Source: Flectonema sp. DT1601 | Lineage: Eukaryota | NCBI GenBank assembly: GCA_964019425.1 | Contig: OZ025782.1 | Coordinates: 62,001-126,000, forward strand | Direction of reading: 5' to 3' | DNA length: 64,000 nt | Shown here: one piece after another, positions 60,121 through 64,000 of the stretch | Layout: the number at the start of each line of letters is the position of its first letter | Position numbering within the stretch: position 1 is the first letter of the stretch | Made by a program: the position numbers and the translations under genes | Notes under the pieces: model-generated | What the model saw: the letters and a program-made list of their open reading frames with translations, nothing else | What the model was told of the DNA's origin: nothing | The model's database searches: none

Positions 60121-61305
60121 AATAAATGTAGAAAGTGTGATGACAAATTCAGATTAAAGCCTGATGTTGTCTTCTAAGTCAATCATGGGGGGTTGAAGTG
60201 TGTTGAATGAATTGGTCACGTCCAGGGGACGTATAAAAAAATATCAAAAACAACAAAAAAAAATGAACAAATAATAAAAAAACAACAAAAAAAAAAAAAA
60301 AAAAAACAACAATACTACCATTTAGCAAAATCTGACGCAAAGCCCTTTTGTTAGGGAGCCTGTAACCACAAAATGTGTATCTTTTTTTCAAAAAAAGAAA
60401 AAAACAACAACAACATGGGGTGGGTGTGATAACTAGTAATTTTCTTTACCTAATTTATTATCTATTCATTTTTTTGAGATTTTCGCTATTGGGGTGCCTG
60501 ATAATGTCATTTTCGCTATTCACTAGAAGTTGTATGAACCCATGACATAGAAGCAGGATCACTTTTTGTTTTCCCCCCATTCTTTTTTTTTTGAAACAGA
60601 TAGAATATTGCTATGCAAGAATGTTTTTACACGCTACCTACAAATTCGCCTTAACATAAAGTTGTCTCGCCCTAGTAGTAAACTGGTCTAAACCGATTTA
60701 GGCTTTTGGAGCCTTGAACAAACAAAAAAAAAAGAAAATAAATAAATAAATAAATAAACAAACAAAAAAAAATTGGGCTTTTTTTTTTTTTTGAAAAAAT
60801 AGAAAATTCTCTACCAAGGTTACAAATCTAAATTGAAAATCCGATTTCGCAAAAAAAAAAAAAAAAAAAAAATGAACCATAACTTAAACTACACAGAAAA
60901 AACTGTAATAAAACAATGTTTTATGTTTTGTGCACGAAACCCATGAGCCGACTAAAACTTCGAAATCTGAGGGAGGTTCGTGCTGACATAGCCTATTCTT
61001 ACAATACTCATTACTAAATGAAAAAAAAAATATATATAAATAATAAAAGAAGGACCCGCCTTGAACTTGCGGAATGTAAACTGCACTGGGTACCCCATTG
61101 TGTGAATGCATGACGAACCACAAAGTGTCATCGTGAAAAAGGATAGATGACAAGGAGTAACAATAATATGCAGGAACGACTCCAAATTGAAAATTTCTTT
61201 TTCATTAAAAAAAAAAAGGAAAAAAAAGAAGAAAAAAACGCAGCTGCCTAGAAGTGAACCAACGCGTCTTTAGGGCACTGCAATTATTCGAAGGAAAAAA
61301 CTGGT

Positions 61306-62790
61306 TCAGAATCCGAGTGACACCTGCGACAACGACCCTCTTATGTTGACGTCTCTCATTTCGACAATGTTAACACGATGTTGATAAGGGCATGTTGATG
61401 ATTCGGTACAATCATTACCGTATCCGGACCTTTTTAATAGCTCCATCACATCTTGAAAGTAATTTCTGCTAACGAGGTTGTCAGCACCAACCTCAACAGA
61501 GTTTTCCGATAAAGCATCACTGAACACCGATGCAATGCCAACAACAGGAACAAGATCGTAGTGTGGGAACTTTCGTAGTGTTTTGCATAGCTCTAATCCG
61601 TTTAACTGGTTATCGTCGAGTGAAATAAATATCAAATCAACTGAAAGACATGATTCTAATTTCTTAATCGCCGATTCCTGATCATGGCACTGCATTACTC
61701 TAATAGAAGTTGTTCCCCGCTGTGCGAGGTATGATAATTCTGATGTTAGAGCTTTCATTGATTTCTTGTCTCCGTCGCAGATCAATATCTCAAATGGTTT
61801 ATTACCTGAGAGGTTGTCTAACTCAAGAGTCACTGGAGCGAATAGAAACCCTTCCTGTGGTGTTGTTCTACTTGTTCTACTTTTACCTCTGACGTTATTA
61901 AATTGTTTTGTAAAATCTATTTTTCTAAGAGAATTGTTTCGTGATTTTTTGGTCATTAAGTTTACCAGCTGAGGTGATTTCTCAGTTAGCAACCACAAGG
62001 AGAAACTGAACTCCGCCAGAGTCATTCTCGTGAAAGAATCTAAAGAAAGTAATTTAATCATTACTTGCTGACATAAATAAGATCGAGGAATCTTGAATTC
62101 AACCGAAGACTGCAAGCTGATGTCGTTAATTTCTTTCATCGGCTGTGCCATTCTCCAAGGATAACTACCATTAAGCACTAAGTACAGGCAAGCACCCATC
62201 GCCCAAGCGTCAACAGGGAAAAGGGAGTTTTCGTCGCTGGTTTTGATGGTTTTCGCTGATCCAAAATCGCAAATTTTCAAATTTTTACGAGTCGTATCAG
62301 TCCAAAGAATACTACCTGGTTGGATGTTACAGTGAACAGTTCCATGGCTGTGAAGCTCTTTTATTATATCACAAATCTGGCTGAACGCAATTTTTGCGTC
62401 ACCCTCAGACCAACATTCCTCCAATAAGATTCCACTTGGAGAGATGCTACACAAGGGACCTCCAGATAGGTATTCCATAACAATGTAAACCATCTTTGAT
62501 CCGCTTAATACTTCAATAATGTTTACTACTCGTTGATGATTTGAAAACTGTTTGTGAATAGCAATTTCACTATCGTGTGAAACCATCTTCGGTACTTCTT
62601 TAATGGCGTACACTTCACCATCTTTTAATGCCTTGTAGATTGTTGATCTGTTTCCCCCGTGAATAACTTCAACAATAATATACCCGTTGAGTTCAATCAG
62701 TTCTCCGTTTGAATTCTTCATAAAAGTCAACTCTTCGTCGGCTATTTTAACACCGAAGTTTGTGTCTAAAGAAGAGGCACCACATCCCAT
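61306..62790 (-). CDS. Predicted N-acylated kinase-like domain fused to a receiver (REC)-like domain
   Basis: MGCGAS acylation motif; YAIK, IVMEYLSGG, KICDFG, VDAWAMG; REC-like EILICDGD...DLIFISL...NGLELCKTLR...VPVVGI...GADNLV. Confidence 0.85.
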   Translation of the reverse strand: MGCGASSLDTNFGVKIADEELTFMKNSNGELIELNGYIIVEVIHGGNRSTIYKALKDGEVYAIKEVPKMVSHDSEIAIHKQFSNHQRVVNIIEVLSGSKMVYIVMEYLSGGPLCSISPSGILLEECWSEGDAKIAFSQICDIIKELHSHGTVHCNIQPGSILWTDTTRKNLKICDFGSAKTIKTSDENSLFPVDAWAMGACLYLVLNGSYPWRMAQPMKEINDISLQSSVEFKIPRSYLCQQVMIKLLSLDSFTRMTLAEFSFSLWLLTEKSPQLVNLMTKKSRNNSLRKIDFTKQFNNVRGKSRTSRTTPQEGFLFAPVTLELDNLSGNKPFEILICDGDKKSMKALTSELSYLAQRGTTSIRVMQCHDQESAIKKLESCLSVDLIFISLDDNQLNGLELCKTLRKFPHYDLVPVVGIASVFSDALSENSVEVGADNLVSRNYFQDVMELLKRSGYGNDCTESSTCPYQHRVNIVEMRDVNIRGSLSQVSLGF

Positions 62791-64000
62791 TTTTTTGTCG
62801 GTAACTGTTGTAAAAAAATGATGACTTAATACTGTAAAGAAAAGATTAACCCTTCGGACACATTACCTCATTCGATTTGCATTCTTTGTGCTCACATTCT
62901 GGTGATATAAAAGATTACAATGGAAACAATGTTCTCGTCAGTCTCGCACAAGGAACGCTCCACCCGATGTGGCACCTGATTTTCACAAGGCGGTTAAGAC
63001 TCGACTCAGCCTGACCAATGAGCAAGTTCCTCCACCTCTTCAGAAAAGAGAATAGTAACAAACGAAAAGACAAAAATAGAAAGGGAAAAAAGAAGATTCA
63101 AAAAACAAAAACAAAACAGGAGCATCCCTAGCGAAGACGACTCACTGTATCATGGTGAGAAACAGAGCTTTGATGAATTGCACAACAGAACACCAACTAA
63201 CAAGAACCACACAGGGGAGCACCGAATATCGTACCACAATACGGTTATCCAAAAGTCACATAGAGTTGGTTTCTACTGCCCGTGCAAAAATTGAATTTAA
63301 GCATGAAAACTAAGCCTATCTCATGATACCCACAATGTGGATATCTGAGCACTCACTCGACAAACACATCCAGTGCATTCGGTTAGGCTAATTGTAAGAT
63401 AACAGTAGAATCTCATTATTCATACATTCATGAATTCATCACTTTGGATGGGAGGAATAAGACGAAGTTGTTGAAAAAGCGTCGGTCACTTGCGAGAGTA
63501 ATTCGAAAACTCCTCTTTTGCCACAAGCAACAAGAAAAAAAAAACTCCTACTTGATAGTATACTTAATGAAGAGGAAGTGATTGAGAGAGAAAACTTCAT
63601 CAATTATTTTTAGTTCGGGAAGGGAGGAAAGAAATAGAGATACGAAACAGCGTGGAGGCAAGCCACCATAGGCTAAAGTAGCCGTAAAAGAGAGCAATCA
63701 ATGAGCAAGACTCTGTTTGCGCGATTAGAGCAAGCGATCGCAGTGGCGGATTTATAACAAAAAGAGTTATTCTCCGACAAAGCAATAAGCAAATGATGCG
63801 CTATAATCAGAGTCCGCTCATCTTAGGTTGAAGAACGTCGTTCTTTTATTTTACTATCATTTCTTTTTCTCCACTTTTTTTTTTTTTTTTTTTTTTTCTA
63901 AATATGTCAAGGTTATCATTTCATTCCTCTTCCGAATGTAAATCATTTTCTCGATCTGTTTTTCATCGTGCTTTCCCCTTTTCTTATATCACCGAAGTCG

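Overview
AT-rich eukaryotic genomic DNA with long poly(A)/poly(T) tracts. About 22 host genes, all on the minus strand. Most start codons lie a short distance after a T-rich tract ending in AG, and several genes have short GT-AG introns. I infer a trans-splicing euglenozoan (diplonemid-like); the species cannot be named from the sequence. Recognisable genes: secreted CAP/VWD protein, UBC-fold (UEV-like) fusion, 7-exon thrombospondin-C/EGF membrane protein, mitochondrial 2Fe-2S ferredoxin, DHHC palmitoyltransferase, DOMON membrane protein, thioredoxin-fold protein, type-B carboxylesterase, two mucin-stalk paralogues, GLT1D1-like glycosyltransferase, MAPK-like pseudokinase, YchF/OLA1 and a pseudokinase-pseudoreceiver fusion. 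46.5-61.2 kb is gene-poor and holds a degenerate piggyBac, two adjacent TIR elements (one carrying an LSU rRNA fragment) and a ~630 bp tandem repeat. Most unusual signals: (1) a short repeat found twice at gene 5' splice acceptors with 36-41 bp duplications of acceptor plus ATG; (2) every intron I could reconstruct is phase 0, with A/C-rich 3' ends unlike the T-rich gene-5' acceptors; (3) an array of bulged GAGC/GCTC hairpins; (4) rRNA capture by a TIR element. All calls are by eye, without database searches.
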